Shown piece by piece: positions 28,211 through 35,906 of a stretch of 56,902 nucleotides of DNA. The first letter of the stretch is position 1; every line of letters starts with the position of its first letter. The translations under genes and the position numbers were made by a program. The notes under the pieces are model-generated. The model worked only from the letters and a program-made list of their open reading frames with translations. It made no database searches and was not told where the DNA came from. This DNA comes from a virus (taxonomy: Duplodnaviria > Caudoviricetes), in IMG/VR virus record IMGVR_UViG_3300025099_000004, positions 1 to 56,902 of that record. One strand, given 5' to 3'.

Positions 28211-28400
28211 ATGTATATAGTATATAGCAATAACCATATAAGTGTTACATGTACAGTGATACACTAACATATATTAATACTTACTTATAATTATACTTAA
28301 ATATCCTTAACATATAAGTAAAACACGTACAGTGATACATGTATATGGAGTAATCCGTAGATAAATATTGCCGTTAGGCAAGAATTTGTACAAATAAGTA

Positions 28401-28429
28401 TTGACAATGGCAAAGAAATCAGTAAAACT
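28401..28429 (+). promoter_or_regulatory. Candidate sigma70-type promoter
   Basis: TTGACA-N16-TAAAACT(AT), same architecture as 28182 and 42366. Confidence 0.5.
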
Positions 28430-28610
28430 ATACACAGACAATGTTCTTGAAGAGTTCTATAAGCATTTAATAGACAATAATCTAAAGAACTTACATATTC
28501 CCCATAGTGATGTCTTCTATGTAAAGGCTGCAGTGGATGCCCACTACGGTAAATCATTTACTTTAAAGCATGTAGAGTGGGCTATGCGTAAAGAAGGGTG
28601 GACAGATTGA
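28407..28610 (+). CDS. Hypothetical protein, first ORF of the late arm
   Basis: ORF MAKKSVKLY...; weak RBS. Confidence 0.55.
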   Translation: MAKKSVKLYTDNVLEEFYKHLIDNNLKNLHIPHSDVFYVKAAVDAHYGKSFTLKHVEWAMRKEGWTD

Positions 28611-28885
28611 GTATTACGTACCGTGGAGAAACGTTTAGTGGATATAACAAACCCAAGCGTACTCCCAAGCACCCTACAAAGTCTCACGTAGTTCTTGCCA
28701 AAGAGGGCAGTACAATAAAAATGATACGCTTTGGTGAACAAGGCGCAAAGACTGCAGGTAAGCCTAAGTCAGGCGAATCAGATAAAATGAAAAAGAAACG
28801 TGCAAGTTTTAAAGCTCGTCATCGTAAGAATATTAAGCGTGGTAAGTTAAGTGCAGCTTATTGGGCAGATAAAGTTAAATGGTAA
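28598..28885 (+). CDS. Conserved basic viral protein (RFG...RASFKARH...SAAYWA.K.KW)
   Basis: Motif typical of a widespread small phage protein family; may start at TTG 28607. Confidence 0.7.
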   Translation: MDRLSITYRGETFSGYNKPKRTPKHPTKSHVVLAKEGSTIKMIRFGEQGAKTAGKPKSGESDKMKKKRASFKARHRKNIKRGKLSAAYWADKVKW

Positions 28886-28897
28886 AAGGATAGACCA

Positions 28898-29989
28898 ATG
28901 GGAATAGCAACTAAAGCAGCAAAGAAAACACTTAAAGAAAATTTAATGAAAAGAATTAAAGCTGCGCAGAAAAATCTAGGAAAAAATCCTGATAGTAAAG
29001 CTGCAAAAGATAAACTAAAAGATTTAAGAGTAGAGGCAGAAGCAGAACTTGCACCTACACCTAAGTTTAAAGCAGATCGTAAGGTTGATCCTGCTATTAT
29101 GGCTGCAATAAAGAAACAAGAAGAAAAAGGTGCAAATATAAAAGCAACAGGAGATAAACCTACTGCACAAAAAGCTAGAGAAGCTCTTGGTGTAGATAAA
29201 GCTAGAAAAGCTACAAAAAGCACAACACGTGTATCTAATGCAAAAGGTAATCTTACTGCAGCACAAATGAAAACTATTGATGATGCCCCAACTCCAACTT
29301 CATTAACAAGTATTCAAGCAAGAATGATTGAGGATATTAATAAATTAAAAAAACTTACACCTGCAGAACGTAAGACACGTATAGCAAATGTAAGAAAGCG
29401 TGTAGCAGATCGTAAAGATAAATTACGTGCAGCAGCAAAAGTTAAACCTAAAAAAGAAGATACTCGTAGGAAGTCAGAAAAACCACAAAGCTCTGAAGAA
29501 AGACAAAGAGCATCAAGTGGTAGAGTTTCAAGCACTACTACTACACAAAAAAATAAAAAAGAAGGTGTAGGTTCTATGGTTGCTTATACTAGTTTATCAC
29601 GTGGTAAAGCTATTACTAAAGCAGGTATAGATTTACGTGCTGGTAAAATTACCAAAGCACAGCACGATAAAATTGTAAAAGAAATAAATCGTTTAAATGC
29701 TAAAGAAGCACCAAGACGAGCAGGAGATGGACCTAAAAGAAAAAAACAACCATACAAACCAAAAAGCCCTTTCAATAAAGGCGGTATGCCAATGGTAATG
29801 AAGGACGGTAAAAAAGTACCTGCCTTTGCCGCAGATGGTATAGGCAAAATGATGCAAGGTGGAATGGCTAAGAAAAATAAAAAAGCTACACCGGGGTATG
29901 CATATGGTGGAATGACTACATCTAAACCACGTACAGGAAATACAGACTATCGTATGGGTGGTATGTTTATGAAAAGTGGTAAAAAGTAA
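28898..29989 (+). CDS. Lys/Ala/Arg-rich protein, possible DNA-condensing/core protein with C-terminal xxGG repeats
   Basis: Very basic composition; FNKGG, MMQGG, YAYGG, YRMGG. Confidence 0.6.
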   Translation: MGIATKAAKKTLKENLMKRIKAAQKNLGKNPDSKAAKDKLKDLRVEAEAELAPTPKFKADRKVDPAIMAAIKKQEEKGANIKATGDKPTAQKAREALGVDKARKATKSTTRVSNAKGNLTAAQMKTIDDAPTPTSLTSIQARMIEDINKLKKLTPAERKTRIANVRKRVADRKDKLRAAAKVKPKKEDTRRKSEKPQSSEERQRASSGRVSSTTTTQKNKKEGVGSMVAYTSLSRGKAITKAGIDLRAGKITKAQHDKIVKEINRLNAKEAPRRAGDGPKRKKQPYKPKSPFNKGGMPMVMKDGKKVPAFAADGIGKMMQGGMAKKNKKATPGYAYGGMTTSKPRTGNTDYRMGGMFMKSGKK

Positions 29990-30114
29990 TGGCACGTACA
30001 TCAATTAAAAGTGATCTTAAAAACATGACTGAATCACAATTCCGTACAGCCTATAAGAAAACTAAAGCTCAAATGCGTAGACAGCAAGCCGCTGCTGCAA
30101 AGAAAACAACATAA
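29989..30114 (+). CDS. Small basic protein (41 aa, MARTSIKSDLK...), not in ORF track
   Basis: TAATG coupling to the upstream gene. Confidence 0.55.
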   Translation: MARTSIKSDLKNMTESQFRTAYKKTKAQMRRQQAAAAKKTT

Positions 30115-30128
30115 GGAAATAACATACA

Positions 30129-30497
30129 ATGAAAACATTAGCTATTGCACTTGGCCTTGCAGGTCTTGTAACCACTGCATCTACGGCTGCAGACTTTTAT
30201 GTGATGGGTCAGACAGTATCCGTTGGCGCACAGTCAGACAGTAACTACACAACAGGCGTAGAAACATGGGCATGGGATCTGACTCCCTATGCAGGTGTAA
30301 ACGTAATGGGTGTAAGCCTACTTGCAGAAACAAAGATTGACCTACTAAAGCTAGACGAAGATAATATCTTTACTGGTGTAGATCTTACGTTTGGATATGC
30401 AGTACCTAAAGTAAATGTAAATCTATACACAGAAGTATCATCAGATAAAGACTTTACGTTTGGTGATATTACAATGGGTGCAAAGATTAAATTTTAA
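30129..30497 (+). CDS. Putative small outer-membrane beta-barrel protein
   Basis: Signal peptide (MKTLAIALGLAGLVTTASTA), amphipathic beta strands, C-terminal Phe (GAKIKF). Confidence 0.65.
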   Translation: MKTLAIALGLAGLVTTASTAADFYVMGQTVSVGAQSDSNYTTGVETWAWDLTPYAGVNVMGVSLLAETKIDLLKLDEDNIFTGVDLTFGYAVPKVNVNLYTEVSSDKDFTFGDITMGAKIKF

Positions 30498-30506
30498 GGA
30501 ACTAAG

Positions 30507-30875
30507 ATGCCCGATCTAAGTAAGTCTAAGTTTCATACAAAAGGATATACCATTGCCTCTACGTCTGCCTCTGCAGATGCTACAGTTGTATACACATGCC
30601 CTGCTAACTTTAGTGCCATTACAAGGTACTTGCACATAAGTAATAACAATGCAGCAGCTAAGAAGGTATACGTGCAATTTTATCATGCAGGTGATACGGC
30701 ATATCACTATGTAGCTAATGCTCTTAGTCTAGCTGCAAACTCTGTAACTAACTTAGTTGATGGCAATTACTTTAACTTACACTCAGGAGATAAGATTGTA
30801 GTATACGGAGAAACTGCAAATACAATGGAAGTACTCGTATCATTAGAAGAGTACTATGACCCTAATCGAAGTTAA
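30507..30875 (+). CDS. Beta-rich putative virion protein, paralog of 48676-49029
   Basis: TVVYT.P...LHISN...L.SGDKI.V pattern shared with 48676-49029. Confidence 0.6.
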   Translation: MPDLSKSKFHTKGYTIASTSASADATVVYTCPANFSAITRYLHISNNNAAAKKVYVQFYHAGDTAYHYVANALSLAANSVTNLVDGNYFNLHSGDKIVVYGETANTMEVLVSLEEYYDPNRS

Positions 30876-30961
30876 TGCATAACGGGATTGCAATCTTGTA
30901 TGTAGTACTTTAACATAAAGCATGGTATAACTGTCCTTGGTAATATAAAAGGAGTTATACC

Positions 30962-31102
30962 ATGTTTAAAAGATTTATTAAAAGACTACAAGAAAATCAA
31001 CAGCGCAGAGTAGACTACTGGTTGTTGCAAAATATGACAGACAGAGAACTAAAAGACATAGGAGTATCACGTTTTGAAATCCAAAAAAGGTTCTACAGTT
31101 AA
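30962..31102 (+). CDS. DUF1127 (YjiS-like) small protein, 46 aa, not in ORF track
   Basis: LQNMTDRELKDIGVSRFEI matches the DUF1127 core; AAGGAG RBS. Confidence 0.8.
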   Translation: MFKRFIKRLQENQQRRVDYWLLQNMTDRELKDIGVSRFEIQKRFYS

Positions 31103-31256
31103 TGCGGCTGGTAATTATACTAAGCCTTCTATGCGTAAGCGTCTTGTGGCATCCGTTAAGGCTGGTGGCAAAGGTGGACGCCCCGGACAGTGGAGCGCAC
31201 GTAAAGCTCAAATGGTTGCAAAACAATACAAAGCTAAAGGTGGAGGATATAAATAA
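31074..31256 (+). CDS. DUF5872-like protein, N-terminal half (TTG start)
   Basis: YTKP..R...KAGGKGG.PGQWSARKAQ....YK..GGGY. Confidence 0.7.
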   Translation: MKSKKGSTVNAAGNYTKPSMRKRLVASVKAGGKGGRPGQWSARKAQMVAKQYKAKGGGYK

Positions 31257-31447
31257 TGAAGGGCGTAAAACATTATAAGCAAGATGGTACAGAACATAAA
31301 GGCGGCACTCATAAGATGCCTAATGGTTCTTTACACACAGGTAAGACTCACAGTAAAACAAGTGTAAAGTTATTTCATTATAAAGATTTAAGCAAAAAAG
31401 CAAAGGCTAAAGTTGATGGCAAAAGCAAAAAGTCAAAAAAGTCTTAG
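31256..31447 (+). CDS. His/Lys-rich small protein
   Basis: TAATG coupling; HKMPNGSLHTGKTH. Confidence 0.65.
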   Translation: MKGVKHYKQDGTEHKGGTHKMPNGSLHTGKTHSKTSVKLFHYKDLSKKAKAKVDGKSKKSKKS

Positions 31448-31673
31448 CCAGTGGACTAAGCAAGATTGGAGAACTAAAAGTGGAAAACCTTCGACTCAAG
31501 GTGCTGGTGCTACTGGCGAAAGGTATTTACCTGCTAGGGCTATCAAAGCTATGGATGCAAAAACTTATTCAGCGTCTAGCGCAAAGAAAAGAAAAGATAC
31601 GGCTGCTGGTAAACAATTTTCAAAACAGCCTAAGAGGGCCGCTGCTACGTCTAAAAAATTTAGGAAGACGTGA
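31416..31673 (+). CDS. DUF5872-like protein, C-terminal half
   Basis: SQKSL..WTKQDWRT...ERYLP..A. Confidence 0.65.
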   Translation: MAKAKSQKSLSQWTKQDWRTKSGKPSTQGAGATGERYLPARAIKAMDAKTYSASSAKKRKDTAAGKQFSKQPKRAAATSKKFRKT

Positions 31674-31993
31674 TGGCTACTTTTGAAGAAGTCGATAAAG
31701 ATAAAGATGGTTCCATAGACAAACCAGAATGGGATGCATTACTGTTAGACGACAAGCGGAGACAGATAGAAGATGAAGACGCCCACAGAGATCAAACTAG
31801 AAAAATGGCTTGGTTCGCTCTTTGGGGTATGTTACTCTACCCTTTTGCTGTGGTTTTTACAAGTGCGCTTGGGCTTGATAATGCTTCTTCAATCATCGGG
31901 AGCATGGCTAGTATTTATTTCGTATCTGTTGCTGGTGTGGTATCTGTATTTATGGGTGTAACAAACCTAGCTAAAAAGGCACAACTTAAATGA
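31673..31993 (+). CDS. EF-hand plus two-TM membrane protein (holin/antiholin candidate)
   Basis: DKDKDGSIDKPE is a canonical EF loop; two hydrophobic spans; lies in the lysis cluster. Confidence 0.65.
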   Translation: MATFEEVDKDKDGSIDKPEWDALLLDDKRRQIEDEDAHRDQTRKMAWFALWGMLLYPFAVVFTSALGLDNASSIIGSMASIYFVSVAGVVSVFMGVTNLAKKAQLK

Positions 31994-32346
31994 TACTAGG
32001 ACAAATCTTTGGTGCAGTAGGTGGACTTGCTACAACTTACCTAGATGGTAAGGTAGCCGTACAGAAAGCCAATGCAGAAATAAAAGTTAAACAAGCTACT
32101 GGTGAAATTGATTGGGACATAGAGGCAATCAAGGCTACACAGAATAGCTGGAAAGATGAGTGGATAACTTTGCTTTTTTCAATTCCATTAATCTTAGCCT
32201 TCTGTGGTGATTGGGGAAATGAAATTGTACAGCGTGGATTCCTAGCATTAGAGGTTATGCCAGCATGGTATCAGTACTCATTAGGTGGAATTGTAAGTGC
32301 CAGCATAGGAATAAGGTCAGTATCTAAGTTCTTTGGTAAAAAGTAA
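31990..32346 (+). CDS. Putative holin (3-TM type)
   Basis: SWKDEW followed by TM spans and a basic C-terminus; near the endolysin. Confidence 0.65.
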   Translation: MILGQIFGAVGGLATTYLDGKVAVQKANAEIKVKQATGEIDWDIEAIKATQNSWKDEWITLLFSIPLILAFCGDWGNEIVQRGFLALEVMPAWYQYSLGGIVSASIGIRSVSKFFGKK

Positions 32347-32522
32347 TGTGGGTACTAGTTTGGCTGCAACTTACTTCTGGTATGCCACTTGATTATTTTC
32401 AACTAGGCGTGTATGATACTAGAAAGATGTGTGAGTTACAAAAGGAAAAAGCACAAGTTATGATTATACATAACGGTATATCTGTGCAATGTATAGGAAT
32501 AGACAATGGCGAAACTGAATGA
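32346..32522 (+). CDS. Small protein with hydrophobic N-terminus and two Cys (58 aa), not in ORF track
   Basis: MWVLVWLQLTSG...C...C; TAATG coupling. Confidence 0.55.
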   Translation: MWVLVWLQLTSGMPLDYFQLGVYDTRKMCELQKEKAQVMIIHNGISVQCIGIDNGETE

Positions 32523-32802
32523 AAGTTCTGAGTTTACTATACCATTAAAAAACTTGTTAGCTTTAGTTGCAGCTACAGCTATATCTGTATGGGCTTACTT
32601 TGGTATTATGGAACGTCTTGCATTTATAGAGCATGACATATCTATGATGCAAATAGAAGTAGAAGAGAACGATAACTGGATAGATGAGTTTGAACCACCC
32701 CCTACCGTAATGGACAGTGTGGAGAGAGTAAGACAATTAGAAATAAAAATAAAAGAACTGGAACTTAAAATGCAGTTTCTTGTAGCTTCAAGGAGAGGAT
32801 AA
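32506..32802 (+). CDS. TM + coiled-coil protein (possible spanin component)
   Basis: One N-terminal TM, then heptad-like repeats; adjacent to the endolysin. Confidence 0.5.
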   Translation: MAKLNESSEFTIPLKNLLALVAATAISVWAYFGIMERLAFIEHDISMMQIEVEENDNWIDEFEPPPTVMDSVERVRQLEIKIKELELKMQFLVASRRG

Positions 32803-32804
32803 CA

Positions 32805-33257
32805 ATGGCATTTAAACTATCACAACGCAGCCTTGATAAACTAGAAGGTGTAGACAGTGACTTAGTTGCAGTTGTAAAACGTGCAATTGAATTAACTAAA
32901 GTAGACTTTGGTGTAATCTATGGTATGCGTACAGAAGAAGAACAAAAGAAACTTGTAGCGGCAGGTAAATCACAGACTATGAAATCCAATCACCTTATTG
33001 GTAAAGCAGTAGACCTTATGGCATATGTAGATGGTAAAGGTGTATGGGAACTAAACGTATATGATGATCTGTGTGACGCAATGAAAGCGGCAGCGGAAGA
33101 ACTAGGCACATCCGTTAAGTGGGGTGCAGCATGGTCAGAGGGTGACATTCGTACATACCCCGGAACTGCAGAAGATGCAATGATGAAGTACATTGATATT
33201 AGACGTAGCCAAGGACGTAGACCCTTTATTGACGGTCCACATTTTGAGTTAATGTAA
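32805..33257 (+). CDS. Endolysin, peptidase M15 family (L-Ala-D-Glu peptidase-like)
   Basis: G.RT.EEQ, S.HL.G.AVD, WG..W and D.PHFEL motifs. Confidence 0.9.
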   Translation: MAFKLSQRSLDKLEGVDSDLVAVVKRAIELTKVDFGVIYGMRTEEEQKKLVAAGKSQTMKSNHLIGKAVDLMAYVDGKGVWELNVYDDLCDAMKAAAEELGTSVKWGAAWSEGDIRTYPGTAEDAMMKYIDIRRSQGRRPFIDGPHFELM

Positions 33258-33268
33258 AAGGAAGTAAT

Positions 33269-33682
33269 ATGGCACGTGAGTTAACTGAACGGCAACAAAA
33301 GTTTTTAGCGGTCCTTATGGACGAGGCAGGTGGGGACATTACTACCGCTAAGAAGATGGCTGGATACTCACCCAATACTACAAACACAGAGATTACTAAT
33401 AGTCTTAAAGAAGAGATACTTGATGTAACTCACAGCTATCTGGCACGTAATGTACCTAAAGCTGCAATGGCTATGGTAAGTGCATTGTATGATCCTACTG
33501 AGTTAGGCATACGTGATAAAATGGCTGCAGCAAAAGAACTTTTAGATCGTACAGGTCTTGTTAAGACAGAGAAGATGCAGGTAGAAGCAAAGGGTGGTGT
33601 CATGTTAATGCCAGCCAAAGCAGTAGAAGAAGAAATGTGTGCGTGTGGTAACAGTTTAGATACTTGTGATTGCAACAACTAG
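33269..33682 (+). CDS. terS: Terminase small subunit
   Basis: LTERQQKFL...A.KMAGYS HTH; AAKELLDR.G; upstream of terL. Confidence 0.75.
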   Translation: MARELTERQQKFLAVLMDEAGGDITTAKKMAGYSPNTTNTEITNSLKEEILDVTHSYLARNVPKAAMAMVSALYDPTELGIRDKMAAAKELLDRTGLVKTEKMQVEAKGGVMLMPAKAVEEEMCACGNSLDTCDCNN

Positions 33683-33693
33683 AGGAAAAAATA

Positions 33694-34014
33694 ATGGTTA
33701 GTAGCGTAATTAAAAAAAATTTAAAAAATAAAATTAAATCTATAGCAAAAGATAAACTAAAAAAACGTATTAAAACAAAACCACAAAAAAAAGTTGAAAA
33801 AACTTTTGCATCAGAAATGCGTGAATTAAATAAAAAGGCAATGACAGATGCTGCACGCCAAGCTGCAGCAATAAGAATTGCTAAAAAGTATGGTATGCCT
33901 ATTAAAATAGCAGGAAAAACTTTTGGACCAAAAAAAGGATCTTATACTAGTGAACGTATTCCCGGTGTTAAAAGAAATAAACAAGGAAGAATTATAGATA
34001 AAAGTGGTTCATAA
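33694..34014 (+). CDS. Lys-rich hypothetical protein
   Basis: GAGGA RBS before MVSSVIKK. Confidence 0.55.
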   Translation: MVSSVIKKNLKNKIKSIAKDKLKKRIKTKPQKKVEKTFASEMRELNKKAMTDAARQAAAIRIAKKYGMPIKIAGKTFGPKKGSYTSERIPGVKRNKQGRIIDKSGS

Positions 34015-34026
34015 TAAAGGAATACA

Positions 34027-34455
34027 ATGACTAAACCAGTAGGTAAATGGAAACTACCCCAACCGACAGACCTAAAAGAAAATAATGAATGGGTTTCAAT
34101 TCCACGTGTAGCAAGAACAATTCCATTTGGATATGAAATAGATCCAGAAGATAACAGAATACTCTTGCCAATAGACTACGAACTTGATATGCTAGAGAAA
34201 GCAAAGAAATACGTAAAGCAGTATTCGTATCGGGAAGTAGCAAACTGGCTTACCAGAAATACAGGTAGGTCACTTTCTCACGTAGGATTAAAGAAACGGT
34301 TGGATAATGAGCGACAAAGAAAGAACAAAGCTGGAAGCCTACGCAGATGGGCAGACTATGCAAAAAAGGCAATCGCCAAAGCGGAAGAAATCGAAGCCAA
34401 AAGAGTCGGTGCAAAAGAAGAAACAAGTAACAAAGGTCAAGAAAGAGCAGCCTAG
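34027..34455 (+). CDS. Putative DNA-binding protein (recombinase-domain-like HTH)
   Basis: IPFGY...YSYREVANWL...SHVGLKK. Confidence 0.6.
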   Translation: MTKPVGKWKLPQPTDLKENNEWVSIPRVARTIPFGYEIDPEDNRILLPIDYELDMLEKAKKYVKQYSYREVANWLTRNTGRSLSHVGLKKRLDNERQRKNKAGSLRRWADYAKKAIAKAEEIEAKRVGAKEETSNKGQERAA

Positions 34456-35896
34456 TGCAGCAGTAATACTAGAAAAGTTTACCGATAAGGTTGAAGAAGA
34501 ATATAATGTAATCTTTAAACCTAACGTTGGGCCACAGACAGACTTTCTTGCTGCAAGTGAACGTGAAGTATTATATGGCGGAAGTGCAGGTGGGGGCAAG
34601 AGCTACGCAATGCTTGCAGATCCATTACGCTACATGGGCAACCCTGCATTTTCAGGCTTACTACTAAGACATACTACAGAAGAACTAAGAGAACTTATTA
34701 CTAAATCACAGGAAATGTATCCAAAGATTTGGCCCGGAATTAAATGGTCAGAACGTAAAATGCAGTGGACTGCACCCTCTGGTGCTAAACTGTGGTTAAG
34801 TTACTTAGATAAAGACCAAGACGTTACAAGATACCAAGGTCTAGCGTTTAGTTGGATTGGCTTTGACGAACTTACACAATGGGCTACACCTTTTGCTTGG
34901 TCTTATATGCGCAGTCGCTTGAGATCTGCAGACCCTACCCTTCCTCTTTCTATGAGGGCAACTACTAACCCCGGTGGCAGAGGACATCACTGGGTAAAGA
35001 AAATGTTTATTGATCCTGCACCTGCAGGTAAATCATATATAGCTACAGACATTGAAACAGGAGAGCAGTTAAAGTATCCTGCAGGACATGAAAAGGCAGG
35101 AAGACCTTTATTTAAACGTAGGTTTATACCTGCAAGATTAAAGGATAATCCTTACTTAGCACAACAAGGTGACTACGAAGCAATGCTTCTATCGTTACCA
35201 GAACAACAAAGAAGACAGTTACTAGATGGTGATTGGGATATTAAAGAAGGTGCAGCCTTTACAGAGTTTAACAGAAGTATACATGTAGTTGAACCGTTTG
35301 ATATTCCTAGTAACTGGGTAAAGTTTAGAGCCTGTGACTATGGGTATGGAAGTTATACAGGTGTTCTTTGGTTTGCGGTTAGCCCTGACGAACAGTTGAT
35401 AGTATACAGAGAGTTATATGTATCTAAAGTTCTTGCGGTTGACTTAGCCGACATGGTACTAGAGGAAGAAGCTGGCGATGGAAATATTCGTTACGGGGTT
35501 CTTGATAGCTCTTTGTGGCATAAACGTGGTGATACTGGTCCTTCTTTGGCAGAACAAATGATAATGAGAGGATGTCGTTGGCGTCCCTCAGACAGAAGCA
35601 AAGGCTCACGTGTAGCAGGAAAGAATGAAATACACAGACGTTTACAGGTAGATGATTTTACAGAGGAACCAAGACTCGTATTCTTTGATACTTGTAGAGA
35701 AACAATATCACAGTTACCTGCAATACCTCTGGACAAAAAGAATCCAGAAGATGTAGATACACACGCAGAAGACCACTTGTATGATGCTCTAAGGTATGGT
35801 ATCATGTCAAGACCAAGATTTAGTATATGGGATTATGATGTTCGTGGCACTCCTACAAACAGTATGCCAGTAGCAGATTCTAAATTCGGATATTAA
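34307..35896 (+). CDS. terL: Terminase large subunit
   Basis: YGGSAGGGKS Walker A; FDELT Walker B; TTNPGG; DYG nuclease motif; DH.YDALRY. Start uncertain. Confidence 0.95.
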   Translation: MSDKERTKLEAYADGQTMQKRQSPKRKKSKPKESVQKKKQVTKVKKEQPSAAVILEKFTDKVEEEYNVIFKPNVGPQTDFLAASEREVLYGGSAGGGKSYAMLADPLRYMGNPAFSGLLLRHTTEELRELITKSQEMYPKIWPGIKWSERKMQWTAPSGAKLWLSYLDKDQDVTRYQGLAFSWIGFDELTQWATPFAWSYMRSRLRSADPTLPLSMRATTNPGGRGHHWVKKMFIDPAPAGKSYIATDIETGEQLKYPAGHEKAGRPLFKRRFIPARLKDNPYLAQQGDYEAMLLSLPEQQRRQLLDGDWDIKEGAAFTEFNRSIHVVEPFDIPSNWVKFRACDYGYGSYTGVLWFAVSPDEQLIVYRELYVSKVLAVDLADMVLEEEAGDGNIRYGVLDSSLWHKRGDTGPSLAEQMIMRGCRWRPSDRSKGSRVAGKNEIHRRLQVDDFTEEPRLVFFDTCRETISQLPAIPLDKKNPEDVDTHAEDHLYDALRYGIMSRPRFSIWDYDVRGTPTNSMPVADSKFGY

Positions 35897-35906
35897 GGAA
35901 ACCTAG

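Noticed and set aside
27385-28400. tRNA gene or tRNA-derived attP
   Set aside because: No cloverleaf or TTCGA/CCA arm pattern recognised by eye; tRNAscan-SE or ARAGORN would be needed to exclude it.
27805-28557. Short ORFs in the divergent region (27805-28017, 27810-28082, 27901-28086, 28297-28557)
   Set aside because: No RBS, atypical Cys/His-rich composition, and they overlap hairpins, repeats and promoters.
31102-31278. Alternative-frame 58-aa ORF MRLVIILSLLCVSVLW..., TAATG-coupled to DUF1127
   Set aside because: It overlaps the well-supported GQWSARKAQ gene almost entirely and has no independent support, though it cannot be fully excluded.
34518-34534. KPNVGP / CCTAACGTTGGGCC in terL as a sixth palindrome copy
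   Set aside because: Several mismatches, and it falls in the conserved P..GPQ terminase motif; probably coincidence.
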